Below, one piece after another: positions 1 to 14,705 of a DNA stretch of 64,000 nucleotides; the first letter of the stretch is position 1; each line of letters begins with the position of its first letter. The notes below the pieces were generated by a model that saw nothing but the letters and a program-made list of their open reading frames with translations, did no database searches and had not been told where the DNA came from. The stretch is from the human T2T-CHM13v2.0 reference genome, Homo sapiens. Position numbers and translations under genes: made by a program. The DNA lies in assembly GCF_009914755.1 (NCBI RefSeq), contig NC_060934.1. The stretch is one strand, 5' to 3'.

Positions 1-77
1 ACCTTGCCTCCTAAATATCCTTCAAGTGGAGGAGAAGAAAGAAGGACCACAATCTGGGTGAATGCAGAGAATTCCTT

Positions 78-295
78 TAGGTCAGCAAACTATGGTGCAT
101 AGGCCAAATCTGGCCCACTGTGCATTTTTGTAAAGTTTTAATGGAACGCTGTCACACTCTGCCATGAATGTATTGTCTCTGGTTGTTTTCATGCTGCAAC
201 AGCAGGGTTAAGCAGTTGTGACAAAGACCGTATGACCTACAAAGCCAAAGATCCTTCATATCTGGCTCTTTAGAGAAAATGTTTGCCAAACCCTG
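78..295 (+). mobile_element. MER58A-like hAT-Charlie DNA transposon
   Basis: ggtcagcaaactatgg...ggccaaatctggccc...tttgccaaaccctg, with terminal inverted repeats. Confidence 0.85.
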
Positions 296-630
296 CTTTA
301 GAGAACAAGGGCTTAAGAGCACCTAAAGGCTGCTTTAAGAAAACACCAAGCTGATAGCAAGTACCTATATCTCACAGAAATACAGTAAGGGAAAACCATA
401 AGACAGCCATCTCTGGAAAGAGAGAGACCTTAACTGGATACATTGTTCATCTACTCTTAAACTTTGAAAGTATTACTAATCGGAGTTTATGTGCCTATAA
501 CCTCTCAACAGCTAGGTGGAGTATTTATGTTAACTATAAGATGAACTTTCATTTGGAAACTTAAAAGTTAACTTGTTAAAATTAATAAGTTGACTGTATT
601 GACTAAATTTTATTTTTGTTTTTAAAGTAA

Positions 631-1145
<515 letters not shown>

Positions 1146-2257
1146 TTATACAGTCACAGTAAACTACAGAGAGTCTGCTTTTATAAATATACACATTTTG
1201 ATAAGTAGCTGAAAATCTGAAGCTTGGTATTAATTTTATCTTATTTCTGGTATGACTTCCTTCTAATTCTTCTATTAATAACTTGTGACCTAAATACATT
1301 ATCTATCATTATCCAAATACCAAACATTCTTTGTTAAGTAGACTAGCAGTGACTATTTTTGATTAAAATGTTAAAGTTCTCCAACTTCTTCCTTAAACAA
1401 GCTCTGTTTCTCTATTCTCCAGCTTTAACTCCATCATGGCACACACTGGGGAGAATGCCTCACTGCTGAGTACTAAACAAAGAGGTTGCTCATCTGGCAG
1501 AGCTCAGTTGGTTTGGCAACAGCTTTCATATTTATTGTGTAATCTATTCCAAAACCAAGTTGTTCTATATTTGTTAATTACTGTCACTCCACATATAATA
1601 ACAGGTAATTTAAGTTTCTAAAACTGTAATTAGATATAAACTCAGGCAACAAAGGTTGCAAAGTTATTTTTGCCATTTTATTGTATTAACATTGACACTT
1701 AAAACCCAATTTCATTGCAGAATGAATCAAAAATTACAAAGAACTAAGACAGTAGAAAAAAATGCTCTTTTGATCAAGGTGTGACAGGGAATAATATCTA
1801 CATGCTTACACCAAATGATTTTATTCAATAGTGCATAAAACTCCGGTCTGTGGTGACAAGCAATAAAAACCACTAGTAACAATGTCTGGAGAAAATGTTT
1901 TACTTAAACTACTCATTGTACTAAAAATCACTGATTTTGGTGAAATTTATTAAGGCTTGACATTACCCTAATATCCATTTCTATGCTTCATTATGTTCAT
2001 CTGTGTTGTCTGTTTTAGGACCACATCATGGAGTAAATAAAATTAGTGTGATAAAAAGTATGAGAATGAGTACCAATCTACTTTATTTTTTAAAAAGCGG
2101 TGAGCTTAGCTATCTTAGTACGTATCTCAATAGCAGTGTTCATTTCAAACAGTATCCTTCTCTTTAGGTCCTCGTTTTCCCCCTTTAAATTTCTTTCTAG
2201 GCATTTCAAAGCACTTGTTCTGTATTTCTCTTATTTAAAATACAAGAAAGCAGCAAC

Positions 2258-2512
2258 AGGCAGCATACTGTAGCAGTTCAGAATGCAAGTTCTGCAGGAA
2301 GACTGCCAAGGTCCACACCCTAGAGCTGACGCTCACTGTCAATACAACATCGGCAAGTTACTTGACCTCTGTGCTTCGGTTTCATCGCCTAAAAAGAGGA
2401 AGACAAAAACAGTACCTACCCCAAAGAGCTTTTCAGGGGAATAACTGAGTTATTCCATGTAAAGAGCACAGAACAGTGCTCAGCACACAGTAAGTGCACA
2501 ATAAATATTTGC
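2258..2512 (+). mobile_element. MIR, near full length
   Basis: Core ggcaagttacttgacctctgtgcttcggtttcatc and 3' end gcacacagtaagtgcacaataaatat. Confidence 0.85.
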
Positions 2513-3211
2513 ACTTTTTCCCCACTAGAGCCAAATGGACCTTAGCACAGACAGTGAAAACATAAATACAAAAGAACTGATTGCAATATTCAGATTGCCA
2601 AATACAGACTAGGCTCCTGGGTCAGAATCACTTATTTCATGGCTGTAATAGTTCAAACATGGTTTTATACCTAGAAATGCTTCTCAATAGACAAGAGTCA
2701 GAGAGACTGGATGCTTTCACTGGGGAATGTCTTCCCACCCAACTATCACAAGTGTGGAAAAATCACTGGATCCACATTTGCAGGCATATTTCATGAAATT
2801 TAGCTGGCACCTATATTCATTATTTTACAATTTCAGTTTTGTATACCTTTCAGATTTGTGAACGTAGTTTTTTCTTAAAATTCATTTTAACTTGATGGTA
2901 TGTTTTCAATTCCCCCAAATTAATGGACTGTGTATGTGTGATCACAAGGGTGTGTTTAAATGTTAATAATGTATTTGTGCACTTAAAATTTTACATTGGA
3001 ATCCATAATGCTAAAAAGCCAAATACAGCATTTGCCAGTTTAAAAAAAAGTACCTCTTGTTTCTAGGGCCCCGCTCATGTTGTTTTAAGCAATAAGAAAA
3101 GAAAATTTAGGTAATTAATAGATCCATTTTGGAATGCACAGGTTTCCCTATGTATTTTATACCATATTTGGACCATCTTATGATTTAAAAAATAAAAATA
3201 AAAAATCTGGT

Positions 3212-3364
3212 ACAGTGGTTCATTCCCACCAGAAACACTTGGGAAGGTCAAAATCAGCTGAGGTGCCTCCTATCTTTTGAATCAAAATCTAGGAAAGACA
3301 TGGAAATCTATTTAAACAGTTTCCCAGCTGATTCTAATGTGCAGGCAAGTTTGGAACCCACTGG
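3212..3364. mobile_element. MER5-like hAT transposon
   Basis: cagtggtt...tgattctaatgtgcagg...ggaacccactg. Confidence 0.7.
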
Positions 3365-3569
3365 TGTTAACAGTCTTAATGGTTAAATTGTCCTTCATAC
3401 CCCAGATCTGCACACTAACCCACACAAATATGCAATCATTTCTTGTCACGTGCGTAGCCAAGTTTGATTTTTTAAAAAAGTAGGGGTGGAAGTTTAATTT
3501 AAAAACAGTATTTCCATCATAGTTAAATATTGCTGTTATTCTAGTGAAGTTCAAAGGCTTCTGATTATA

Positions 3570-3642
3570 GAGGTGGGAGGATTGCTTAAGGCCAGGAGTT
3601 TGAGAAACAGGGCAAGACCTGTCTCGACAAAAACAAAACAGT
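3570..3642 (+). mobile_element. Truncated Alu monomer fragment with 12-bp TSD
   Basis: gaggtgggaggattgcttaaggccaggagtttgaga...ctgtctc plus A-rich tail; flanked by cttctgattata on both sides. Confidence 0.8.
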
Positions 3643-4795
3643 CTTCTGATTATAACTACTCAGAAGAACATTTCAGATAGCTAATGTCATTAGGTATAAT
3701 AACACTTAATATTTGTCCAGAACTTTATAAAGTATTCTTATATTTTACTTTTTCAAAGCCTCAAATACACCTGAAGATACATAAAAAAAGTATGTAAACT
3801 AATTCCTGTTTTAAAAATGAAGCACAAAATGGCTACATGACCAGAGAACAGCAAAGCCACAAGAAGAGCACATATTCTCCAGCTCTGGGAACTGTTTCTG
3901 TCTGTTGGTTGGTTGGTTTTACTCTCAGAAAAACATAATACAGCAAAATAAATTCTAGACTCAGAAAAAAAGAAAAGGAGAAAATAAGGTCAGAGGACTG
4001 TACATTACTGTGAACTATACAAAAAACGAATGTTTTTCCTTCAAAATTTAATCATGTATTATAAAATAAAAAGTCCTGGCTTTTTTTCCTATTTATAATA
4101 AATGAAATTGGAAAAGAGCACAGTTGAATGAAAATTTAGTTAATCCTTAAATTGCATGGAACTAAAGTATAAAGATGAATAGAAGTCTCTAGCCTGTAGG
4201 AAACCGATTAAACAATACCAGAACCAGAACAGACAGATTCATATCATGTGAAGGATGTTTTTAAGGATCCAAATTATTTTAACTGCTTTACTTTATGTGA
4301 TCTAGACCTCTCTCTTTATATAACATATTCAGGATGAATGGAATTAATTTTGAGAAGCAATATTATGAATACATTTATAACTATAAGGAAGATGAATGGC
4401 ATTTCTTTACAAGGCTAATTTTCAGGCTGCATAACACTAAAGTTCGAATTGCTATTTATTTTTAAAATGCGCTGGTACAGAATGAAATGTTTTATAATTA
4501 TTTTTAAAATACAAATTATCCATTTGCATTTAACTCTGTTGATTTATTAATATAACTCACCTACTGCACTTAATGTTCTTACTAAATTGCAAAAAATATT
4601 AAAAATTATATCTTAAACAGTTAAATTTTAATCACAGAGTTGTTAAAAGAAACCTAGGAATTTAGTATCAAAACGCATATTGTAAGACTATTCCTTATTC
4701 ACAGCAATTATATTAAAAATAAAGAAAATCAATATAATAGGTGACCACAGAAACGTTATAATCTAAAAAGCAAGCTTTCAATCTATGTGACTTAC

Positions 4796-4878
4796 TGTAA
4801 AAAGCCAAATCTATCTGTGACTTTGTAAACAAGGTAATCAGCATCTTCCCAAGGTTCAATCTCTGCACCTTCTCGTCC
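4796..4878 (-). CDS. USP6NL: USP6NL shared coding exon, 83 nt, phase 0 to phase 2
   Basis: Minus strand reads ttttag|GGACGAGAAGGT...TTTTTACA|gtaagt and translates GREGAEIEPWEDADYLVYKVTDRFGFL(H), which matches the RN-tre/USP6NL N-terminal region as I recall it. Canonical AG/GT sites. Confidence 0.97.
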
Positions 4879-5299
4879 CTAAAATAAGGCACAAAAAAAG
4901 GTGTTAATCAGAGTTTATAAAACTGAATAATTTTTTAAAATAAAAGGACGAAGAAATAAGAGCTATTTTTAATGTATTACTAAAAATAAGAGCTGGAAGT
5001 GAGGCATTATGAGCCTTAACATTTTTTTTTCCCCTTTAAACCCAACTATTTTTGGCAAGATAAACACTATTTCCTAGTTATGACTCTGGAAGATGCTGTG
5101 TGTCAGCAGCAGCTGACGCGGAGCTGAGCCAGGATCAGGCCAGGGTTCCTTGGGGAAGCTAATGAGGAAAGAAGAGCGATGGGGATGAGAAAGCCACTCC
5201 AGAAGAAACTGCCGAACCTTACAGTTCTAGACCAAACACGTCTCAGAGAAAGAGATTTTTCTTTTTTGCCTTTTTATGCAAACTCCTTAGAGAAGCAGG

Positions 5300-5880
5300 C
5301 AGAGAAGCTCCTCGTCTAGTTCTTTACTTCACAGCTATGCCAGCCTGAAACTACTCTTGCCAAAGTCAAAAATGACCTTCCAGCAGTCAGACCTGCTGCA
5401 CGCTCTTCAGGCCTCATCTAACGGATCTCTGAAGCGTACTTGTCAGTGTCGCTCACTCCCTCTTCCCAACTCCTGTGACGTTGTCCTCTCATGGTCTCCT
5501 CATGCTCCACCAACTCTTCTAATGGCTTTTTCATGGGTAACTCGTCATTGATGGTGTGCCCAAAGTTCGGTCCACAGCCCGCTGCTCTTCTTAATCTAGG
5601 TATCATTTACTCTTAGGCTATTAACTAACACTGATCAGTGAAGAAACCCCAAATATAACTATCTATATCAATCCCTCAAATTTTAGACTCAAACTCCCAA
5701 CTGTCTTGTGGACACCTCCATCTGTCTGCTTGTGTGTTCTCCTCTCAGTACACTGGGAGCATCCTGTAGGCAAGGGCTGCTGCCACTCCTGTCTATGAAT
5801 CCCCAAGGCCCAGCACGATGCCTGGACTGTGTTAATTGTGTGGGGAAAAAAATGCACACAAGCAGGAATGAATGAGAGTG
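5300..5880 (+). mobile_element. L2 fragment(s)
   Basis: ctgaaactactcttgccaaagtcaaaaatgaccttc matches L2 ORF2; L2-type 3' end cccagcacgatgcctgg. Confidence 0.7.
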
Positions 5881-6394
5881 ACACTGGTTTTAAATTAGTG
5901 AAGCAGTTAAATAAGTTAACTGAGTTTTTCATGGACTACAATAAAACCTCATCACAATGAAGGAAACTGTGTTTGATGTTCCAAAAATGAACTCTGGGAA
6001 CATAACTGCTAAGCTGAGCATCACCTGTATGCCTCATGGAAGCAGGACACAGTGCAGGTGACTTTCTATGATTTAATCTCCTGTTATCCTCACAAATAAT
6101 CAGAAGGAACAGATACATAATTACAAGCAAGTGATGCAAATACAAAACATGACATTTATAAATCACTGCTAGGACTCATTATAGACCTCAGGAGGTAAGG
6201 TATAAAGAGGTATGTCAATTGTCAATAATTGTGATTTTCTATAATATCAAAAAACAGATTCCATACCAACATAAGGATAAAACGTTAATGGAAATTATAC
6301 ACACTTGTATAAATTCAAAATCTAAGATCCATGGTAAATTTATAATAGCAGATGTAAATTATGAACGCAACGGATATGTAATTCCATATACTTA

Positions 6395-6780
6395 ACTTAG
6401 TCAAGTATTTATTGAGTGCCTAGTGTGAATCAGGTAATGTCCTAGGCATTTAGGATACAAAAGTAAATCAAACAAAAGAAATTCCTGCCTAGAATGTAGA
6501 GTCTCGGCAGGTGTACAGAGTGCTGAGGGTAGAATCAGGGGCATTAAACAGGGAGGTGGGAGGTCAGAGAAGATCTCAGTAAGACGATAGCATCTGGGCA
6601 AAGATCTGAAAGATGTGAGGCAATGAGGCATGAGAATATCTGGGACACAAGTGTCCCAGGTAGAGGAAACAGCCAGTGCAAAGGCCCTGAGGCAGGAGCA
6701 AGTCTGGTGTGCTGGAGGAATAGCAACCGACTGAAGTGGAGAAAAGGATGAAGAAAGACAGGAGATGAAGTCAGCGAAGA
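6395..6780 (-). mobile_element. L2 3' fragment
   Basis: caagtatttattgagtgcct...gtgcaaaggccctgaggcagga. Confidence 0.85.
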
Positions 6781-6894
6781 TGATCTCTATGTCCCCATGA
6801 AGTTAAACAAACTGCTTCTGGAATGTAAGCCCTCCAAAAAGCAAATCCATTTCTATTTATATGGTTTTTCTAATAAAACTCACCCAAAGTGTTA

Positions 6895-7029
<135 letters not shown>

Positions 7030-7526
7030 TTAATTAATTATGAAACTAAGACATAATAAAACAAAAAATAAATACTGCCTAAAATGACAAATCAACAAAA
7101 TCAAATAAAAGGATGAGTTAAGTATTTGTAACTACAACTTTGTAATAGCAATACATGTAATATTCAATAAAAAAGCAAGTTCATTAAGGCATAAACTTAG
7201 GACATGATAAATCTTATCCTTCATGAATCAATTTTGGATCTAAAATTTCACAGAAATTGATGTTAAGTAGAAACTGAAACTGAAAGCTCTAAGTTTTCAG
7301 ATGAAGCCCACTTGGGTAGAAGAGACAAACATTCAAAACGGCTTTTAAAAAGTAAAGGAACTTGGATCTCCACAAAATAAACTAGCACAAGATACAATAT
7401 TTATTTTACATGATACAAATATGTCTTTGTTTAGCCTTTTAGTTCCCTTTATCAACAGCCTCAACTGCTATAACAATCTCCTAACCGGTCTCTAGGACTC
7501 CAGTTTTATCATACATATGTGTGTGG

Positions 7527-7537
7527 ACACACACACA

Positions 7538-7580
<43 letters not shown>
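7527..7580. repeat. (CA)n microsatellite, one interruption
   Basis: Direct reading. Confidence 0.97.
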
Positions 7581-7584
<4 letters not shown>

Positions 7585-7819
7585 CATCCTTATTAACATT
7601 AGGAGACTTTCAAAAACATAAATCTGACAACAAAAGTCGAGATCATAACATGAAATAGTATGAATATATACCATAAGTTTTTTTAAAAGATCAATAACAG
7701 ACTATATAAAAGGCTTCTCTTACCAAAAAAAAAAGCATTCTAAGAGAAAACTAGGCAAAGGTTATGAGCAAGAAATTCCTAAAAGTAGCAACAGCAGTAA
7801 CAACTGTAACAACTATACT

Positions 7820-8068
7820 GCATTCTTATTAAGTGCCTGGCAGATAGTAAGATACTGCCAGGCAGCAAATACTGTGCTAATAAGCACTTTACCCTGCCTT
7901 ACCACATGACACTCTAAGGTAGGCATCATTATGAATCCTACACCGCGATAAAAAAGAGGCTTAGAGATTTTACGCAACTTGTCCACAGGCATAAAGCTAA
8001 TAAACAGCAAAGACAGTTTTCAAATCCAGACAGTCTTGACTCCACAGCCCACAATTTTAATTACTATT
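7820..8068 (-). mobile_element. MIR
   Basis: gaggcttagagattttacgcaacttgtccacagg...caaatccagacagtcttgactcc. Confidence 0.75.
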
Positions 8069-9253
8069 TTATAAAAATGATGACTAAAGACATGAAAAAG
8101 GACTTCCAGTTACCGATGGCAGATGGAACATATGCTTTTACCTCCATTTCCCCTAAAACCCCACTAAAATAGCAACTATAGGGATTCTTGAAATCCCCTC
8201 CTCAAAGCAAATGGTGGTTCCTAAGGAGAGGTGGGGTTAAAAACAAGGGAGCTGAGTAAAGGAAGTCAAATCCCTGAAAGTTGAAGGGACATGCATGTGT
8301 GTAGCAGAGCCGGGTGCAGGGTGGAAAACCAAACCCTCATTCTCCAAAGCAGGAAACCAATAGAAATGCCAAAAACGGAAGATGCATGAAGCAGCAATAC
8401 TGGCATGTTACCTAGCGCAATGGAGGCACACAGGAAAAGAATCAGCCAGGGCAGTGGAGAGTGCTTACTTCTATGGAGCAGGCAGTGAAAAATACAGGAG
8501 TCTGCTATTTTCAAAATAAGACTTACAGATTGCTGAATCTTTAAGCCAAATATAGGTCTGATAAAAATAAAATCTAAAATGAAAAACCAAGACATAGAAA
8601 AAAAAAATCAACTTCATTAGTAACTAAAGAAATCCAAGTTTCAAAATATCACTTTGCACCTATTCAGACTAACCAAAAAATGCACTGATAATACTCAATG
8701 TTGACAACAATGGTGACATTGCAGTTCCTTATAATGAAGATAAACATATAAATGTATAAAATCTTTCTGGAAAGTAATTTGATGATATGTGTAAAAAAAT
8801 CTGAAAACAGACATATCCTTACCCAGCACTACTGCTTCTACAGATTTATGCCAATGAGATCATCAAACAAGCGCAAGGTTGTTTATAATAGTAAAAACAA
8901 CAGAGTGGGAAGTTGTAAATTTGTAAAAGCTTATTTGGGAAAAAAATGTTTGTGTTACTGCTTTTCCCAGTTAAACTACAAAATGTGAATATGCTTTCCT
9001 TTGGGGGATGTGTGAATAACTAAACAGAATGATTCAATAAAATAAAAATACAGATGAGTTGTTCAGATTTTCACCATGAATTAATGCAAACAGAAGTCTG
9101 AGATAATCAACTCAATGATATACATATTCACTACCCTATTTTAGACTTACAAGCCTTTGTCAGTTCCTTTTTCCCTCTTCTGCTGTCCAATTTTAAAACA
9201 TGATACACATCTACCAAAGCATAGGGAAAGCAAATTAATAGGAATTAAAATCA

Positions 9254-9573
<320 letters not shown>

Positions 9574-10703
9574 CTACTTATGAAACTCCATTTCTATTAT
9601 CAGAACTGCAAAACATGAATTTCTTTAGTAATCAGGCCAAATTCAATAGATGAATGCTTTATTGGAATGTCTTTTATACCAGTCCCTTAATCCTGCTACC
9701 AGTCCTAGGCATCACAAGTATATTTCCAACATAACAATGAAAAGTTTAAAAGTGTAAAGGCAAGGACTGGGGTTGAGAGGTGAAGACGCAACATATCCCA
9801 AGAAAATGTCATTGTGGCAAACTATAAAATATAAAGCTTTACATAGATCACTGTCGGTCTACAGAGACTTCCAGAAATACTGGACTTCTTATTGGAATTG
9901 GATGAAATTGCATCCTGATTTTTTGGGAGAAGTATGATGTACTTTAAAGTGATCAGAACAGTTAACTCTAAATCAAATAAATAAATTCTCAATCTTTAAA
10001 CTCCCTTAGAAATGTCTTATCCCTGAGTTACCCCATGGGGAGAAAATTTTATAGTATTAATGTATGTATTCTAAAAGCAGAGTGAATTTAAAGCTAAATG
10101 CATTTTAGAAAATATAGCCAAATCTGTTTCTCTGAGGAAACTAAATGAAAATGTTAATCTTTGCCAATATTCAGTTTAGAGACATTATTTTAAAATCTGC
10201 ATTGCAAGGCAAACAGTAAGAAGCAGGAGCCTTATGTAGGGTTTGCTATAGTTAAATTATGGCTCATACTATCTGGTCTGAAGTTTATTAAGAATTACAC
10301 TAGAATACTTCCTTTGGTTTCATTCTGATTACTTATTTAGAAATTCTGTTGAAAGAACCAACCGTGTGCCCCAAAACAGTGACTGCAAACGATTATCAAC
10401 AGCTGTCTTGTGTCTGTGTGCACATGTGAACAAAGTTCCAGGCACCTATAAACAACGGCAGCTGTGTTGGTTGGTACTTATGTCACATCATTATCAAATA
10501 AAAATTTAATCAGGACATTATCCCAAAAATTCACACCGCATGTTTATGCTCTCGTTGCATGACAAATCCATAAATAAAAGTTTATTTGGAAAAATGTGGT
10601 TTGAAATACAATACCACTTGTTGCCAAAATATTACAGTAATTAAAGAGTAATCAGTGTTAAAATAATTGTAGCTGAAGAAAAAGTTCCTATTATTAAAAA
10701 TAA

Positions 10704-11036
<333 letters not shown>

Positions 11037-11598
11037 TAGATTAACTACTTTAAATATCAGTCCTCTCATTTCACCAGGATGTTTGTTTAAAAAAAAAAAA
11101 AAAAACTACATTATCCAAGCCAAATTAAATCAAATTATTTTTATGATTTTTTTTATCTAATGTAACAAAGTTTCAAAGTAAAAGAGGCATATTTTAAGCA
11201 ATAAGGATCAGAAGATATTTGGATACTCAAGTGTGTAGGAAATACTCAAGTATACAGGAAAATATCTCAGCACAATTTATAGAAGAAAATGACAACTCCA
11301 CATTTTTAAGAAGCATTTTAAAAATTGACAACTATACAATTCTAAGATGACCTGTTTTTCCATTTAATCTGCCAAGAACTTCTAAGAATCCAGTACCCTC
11401 CTGAATTATATGCTTTAAAAGCAGGTATTGTATCTTAATGTCACTAAATTAGCACCAAACTGCAATGAAAAATTCATACAAAGTTACTAAGGTTCATTTC
11501 CAATAAAATAAAATTTACAGCAGACCATTTTTCCTAGAGTACATTTTGACAGATGAACGTTAAAAATATAAACAACATCAATTTTAAAAGTACTTTAC

Positions 11599-11653
11599 CC
11601 TTTGTGAGATAATCAGTCTGGCCTTGGGAATTAACAACAGCTTCAGTCCTCAT
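11599..11653 (-). CDS. USP6NL: USP6NL alternative first coding exon (proximal), MRTEAVVNSQGQTDYLTK(D)
   Basis: ATG at 11653 with an in-frame TAG 15 nt upstream; 55 nt (18 codons + G); donor AAGG|gtaaag; G|AT gives Asp in frame with 6910-6977. Adds 17 aa relative to the MN start, consistent with a longer isoform I recall. Confidence 0.85.
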
Positions 11654-11661
11654 AGAGTAAC

Positions 11662-11694
11662 TTATCTATTCCAAGATTTCATTATTATTTTATA
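11662..11694 (-). promoter_or_regulatory. TATA-like element and 6-codon uORF (MKSWNR*) upstream of the proximal alternative exon
   Basis: TATAAAA at 11694-11688; ATG AAA TCT TGG AAT AGA TAA at 11682-11662. Confidence 0.4.
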
Positions 11695-12757
11695 GTTCTC
11701 GAACACACCAAGAGTGCTGCCCGGCGGTACCTCACACATTCTGCAACTAACTAAAACAAAGAAAGGCAGAGGCAGCTCTACTTTAAACTATCTGTGAAAC
11801 AAGCACAAGAAGAAAAAGTTTGAGATGCACTCTGTCTTCTTCTAAGGGAGAAAAAAACCTTGCTGTGGTTACACAGACTATATATTTTCAAACAAAGCTG
11901 ATCATTGTTGAGGGTGAAAACACGGCTTTCAGGCTACATCCCAACTATGAGGCACACCAGCCTACACCAGCATTCCATCCGCTAACAAACAGCGGCTTGA
12001 AAGAAGCAGCTTCATAATGTGCCTTCATCTTGTGTCTCGATATTAGCCACTTTCTTATTTCTTATTAAAAATAAAACTTGTCACAGAGCAACAAAAAAAT
12101 TTTTATTTAAAACATTAAAGCTAACCAGAAATGCTCCTCTCCTCAAATACATTTTATATCTTAATGTAATTTTTAATAATAATTCTTAATGTGAAAATTG
12201 TAGCCTCTGTTTCAGCCCGTTTCAGACAGGAAGCAAAATACATGCTAAAGTAGTGGTTTTGGACATTTTTAACAAACCACACACACATACAAGTAAAACA
12301 AATGTCTCATGAAACAATATGTACTACAAGTACTGTAAGATGGCACTACAAATTTTTCCATTCTGTTTTATTTACTCCTTCCTTCTTCCCTTCATTGTTT
12401 CTCCCTTTCTCTTAAATGGGTAAAATCTACAATTTGCAACCATTTTGCAAAAGTAACATCCCTGTTAGAGGCATGCCTATGGACATTAATTACACTTAAC
12501 TGGACACTAATAAATTAAGTTTACGCTCAGCTTAAGCCAGGTGTAACATTCAACTAAAGCAAAAGATCTCAGAAGTTGAGAGGGGGAAAATTTCTCAAGC
12601 CATATACCAAGGAATAAGAATTAGACTGGTGCCAAAGTTCTAATCAGCTAGAAGATAATGAAACACTATTTCCAAAGTTAAGAGCAAAAAATTATCATGA
12701 ACTTGGAATTCTATACCAACCTGAGGAAAAATAAAAAGATTTTTAGATATTACAAGG

Positions 12758-13218
12758 TGTGGTAAGCTGAAGACTGACCTTCTGCCCTGCCAGGGATGTC
12801 CACATCCTAACCCCTGGAATCTGTAAATGTTGCCTCATAATTGCAAAAGTGATTACAGATGTAATTCAGCTAAGGATCTTGAGTTCAGAGATTGCCCTGC
12901 ATCATGCAAGTGGGTCCAGTGTGGTCACAAGAATCCTTCTGAACAGGAAGCAAGAAGATTAAAGGAAGGAGGAGGCAGTGTGATGGTGGAAGCAAGACAT
13001 CACCAGCTAAGGAAAGCAGGCAGCCTTTAGAGCAAGAAAAGGCAAGGAAATGGATTTTCCCCTAGTGGCTCCAGAAGGAACCAGCCCTGCTGACTCTGGC
13101 CCAGAGAAACTTGATTTCAGACTTCTGACCTCCAGAACCCATTAAATGATACATCTGTGTTGTTTAAGCCACCAAGTTTGTGGTAAGTCATGTGCTGTTA
13201 CAGCAGCATGAAAACACA
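12758..13218 (+). mobile_element. MLT1 (C/D-like) MaLR LTR inserted in old L1
   Basis: gatgtccacatcctaacccctggaa...gacttctgacctccagaac...taagccaccaagtttgtggtaa. Confidence 0.85.
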
Positions 13219-13307
13219 GGATTCAAAGTTTACTGCCTATGAAATGTCTCTTTGAAAAAAGAATTTGAGAGTATACTACAGAAAAACAAAACAGCAACAG
13301 GAAGAAC

Positions 13308-13788
13308 TGACAAAGACGCTCCTTGACCAAACTTTGGGCAGGCTCCTTTAAGCCCTCTTCTTGACTACCTCAGCCTCTACCTCAGCCTTGTCCTATCTTC
13401 AGCCTGCCTAGCCCAGTTGTAGCAAGAATCCTGCTAACTCAATTTAGCAAGAATCCCCCCACTCTCCATGAAATCTGATCATCCTACATATCTGAACAGA
13501 TTCCTCATCCCCCACCCTTGATATCTGATCACCCTGGCCTGTCTTCAGCAAGAATCCTGTTATGTTGGTTTAGCCAGAATCCCCCTACACTTGATGTCTC
13601 TCCTCTTAGTGATTTTCCATCACTGACCTTCTTGCTCTGCCCATTGGCTATCCATCTCCAGTTGTCCTTGCTGCGTGCAGAGTTGAGCCTGACCTCTCCA
13701 CTGTTTTAACAGTCTTGATACCAACTGCAATGGTCCTGAATAAAGTCCACTTTCCCTTTTTAGCAAGGGTCAGAATAATTCTTTTACA
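13308..13788 (+). mobile_element. MER31-like ERV1 solo LTR
   Basis: Begins tgacaaagac...ccttgaccaaacttt; repeated agcaagaatcc motifs; AATAAA near the 3' end; ends in ca. Confidence 0.8.
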
Positions 13789-14539
13789 CAAAATAAGAAA
13801 GAGAGGCAAAAACAGGATCCGTAACATTGCCGCAGGCCAAAATTAGACATTTCCAAATGCCAACTGCGTAGCTGCATAGAGAGCAACCTGTCTACATTAG
13901 AATAGGAAACATAAGGTGTCTTAGAAGAGAGTGGATTCTAGGCAACACAAAGATCATGGGTATAGTAGTGATACAGTAAAAGCTTACATATAAAGACATC
14001 AAAAAGAGTGTAAGGGGGCTATTAGAAATCTGAAGACAAGCAATTAACAGAGTGAGAAAAGTCAGTCTGACATGACGTAAAATACAAAGGGACATGGCTG
14101 TGACCTTGATGGTATATGAGAAAAGTGAATTCATCTGATCTTGACATCTTCAACGTTAGGGATTATGTTTCCTTCCCTACACACCTCATCATAATACTTG
14201 AAACTGAAGTAAATGCTATTGACATTATTATGATTATGTAAGAACTGCATTGGCTATTAATGTTCACAATAAAATATAGACAATGTCTAAAACTGAACCC
14301 TGATCTGCACACACACTCCCCACTCCAAACCTAAGCCCCCACTTTCTAGAAGCAATCATTGTTAGCTGCCAAAAATATTCTCCACACTATTCAAGAATCT
14401 GCATGTATTCATGAACACCCACAAATATTTAATCTCCCATTTTATTCAAAAACTAGAATCATTCTAAAATCGACACCTCTTTTTCACTTAACAGTACATC
14501 ATGGAGACTGTATAGGTTAACACCTATAGATCTGCCCGG

Positions 14540-14705
14540 CAGTGCCCCTAAAGGTTAACAACCATTTCTGGGGGAAGAGGCAGAGGCAATGGGCCCTGTT
14601 TGTGGCATCTGCAGATTTCCATGTGGCAAATACTCAAGCTATGGTGGCCAGTTTCCAAGCTGCCAAAGTGATGTCACTGAGTGCAGTTTCTCCAGTACCC
14701 CAGTG
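14540..14705 (-). mobile_element. MER63-like hAT transposon
   Basis: gatttccatgtggcaaatactc...tttccaagctgccaa...gatgtcactga. Confidence 0.65.

Noticed and set aside
5418-5606. 62-aa ORF with protein-like composition between the two shared exons
   Set aside because: It lies in a decayed L2, and the two flanking exons already join in frame into the known protein.
8527-8557. Possible 31-nt exon on - (tatcag|...TCT|gtaagt)
   Set aside because: Poor exonic donor bases, repeat-rich context and no other support.
11731-11740. Possible 10-nt exon cag|AATGTGTGAG|gtaccg
   Set aside because: Weak donor, and no acceptor choice (10, 16 or 20 nt) keeps the frame.
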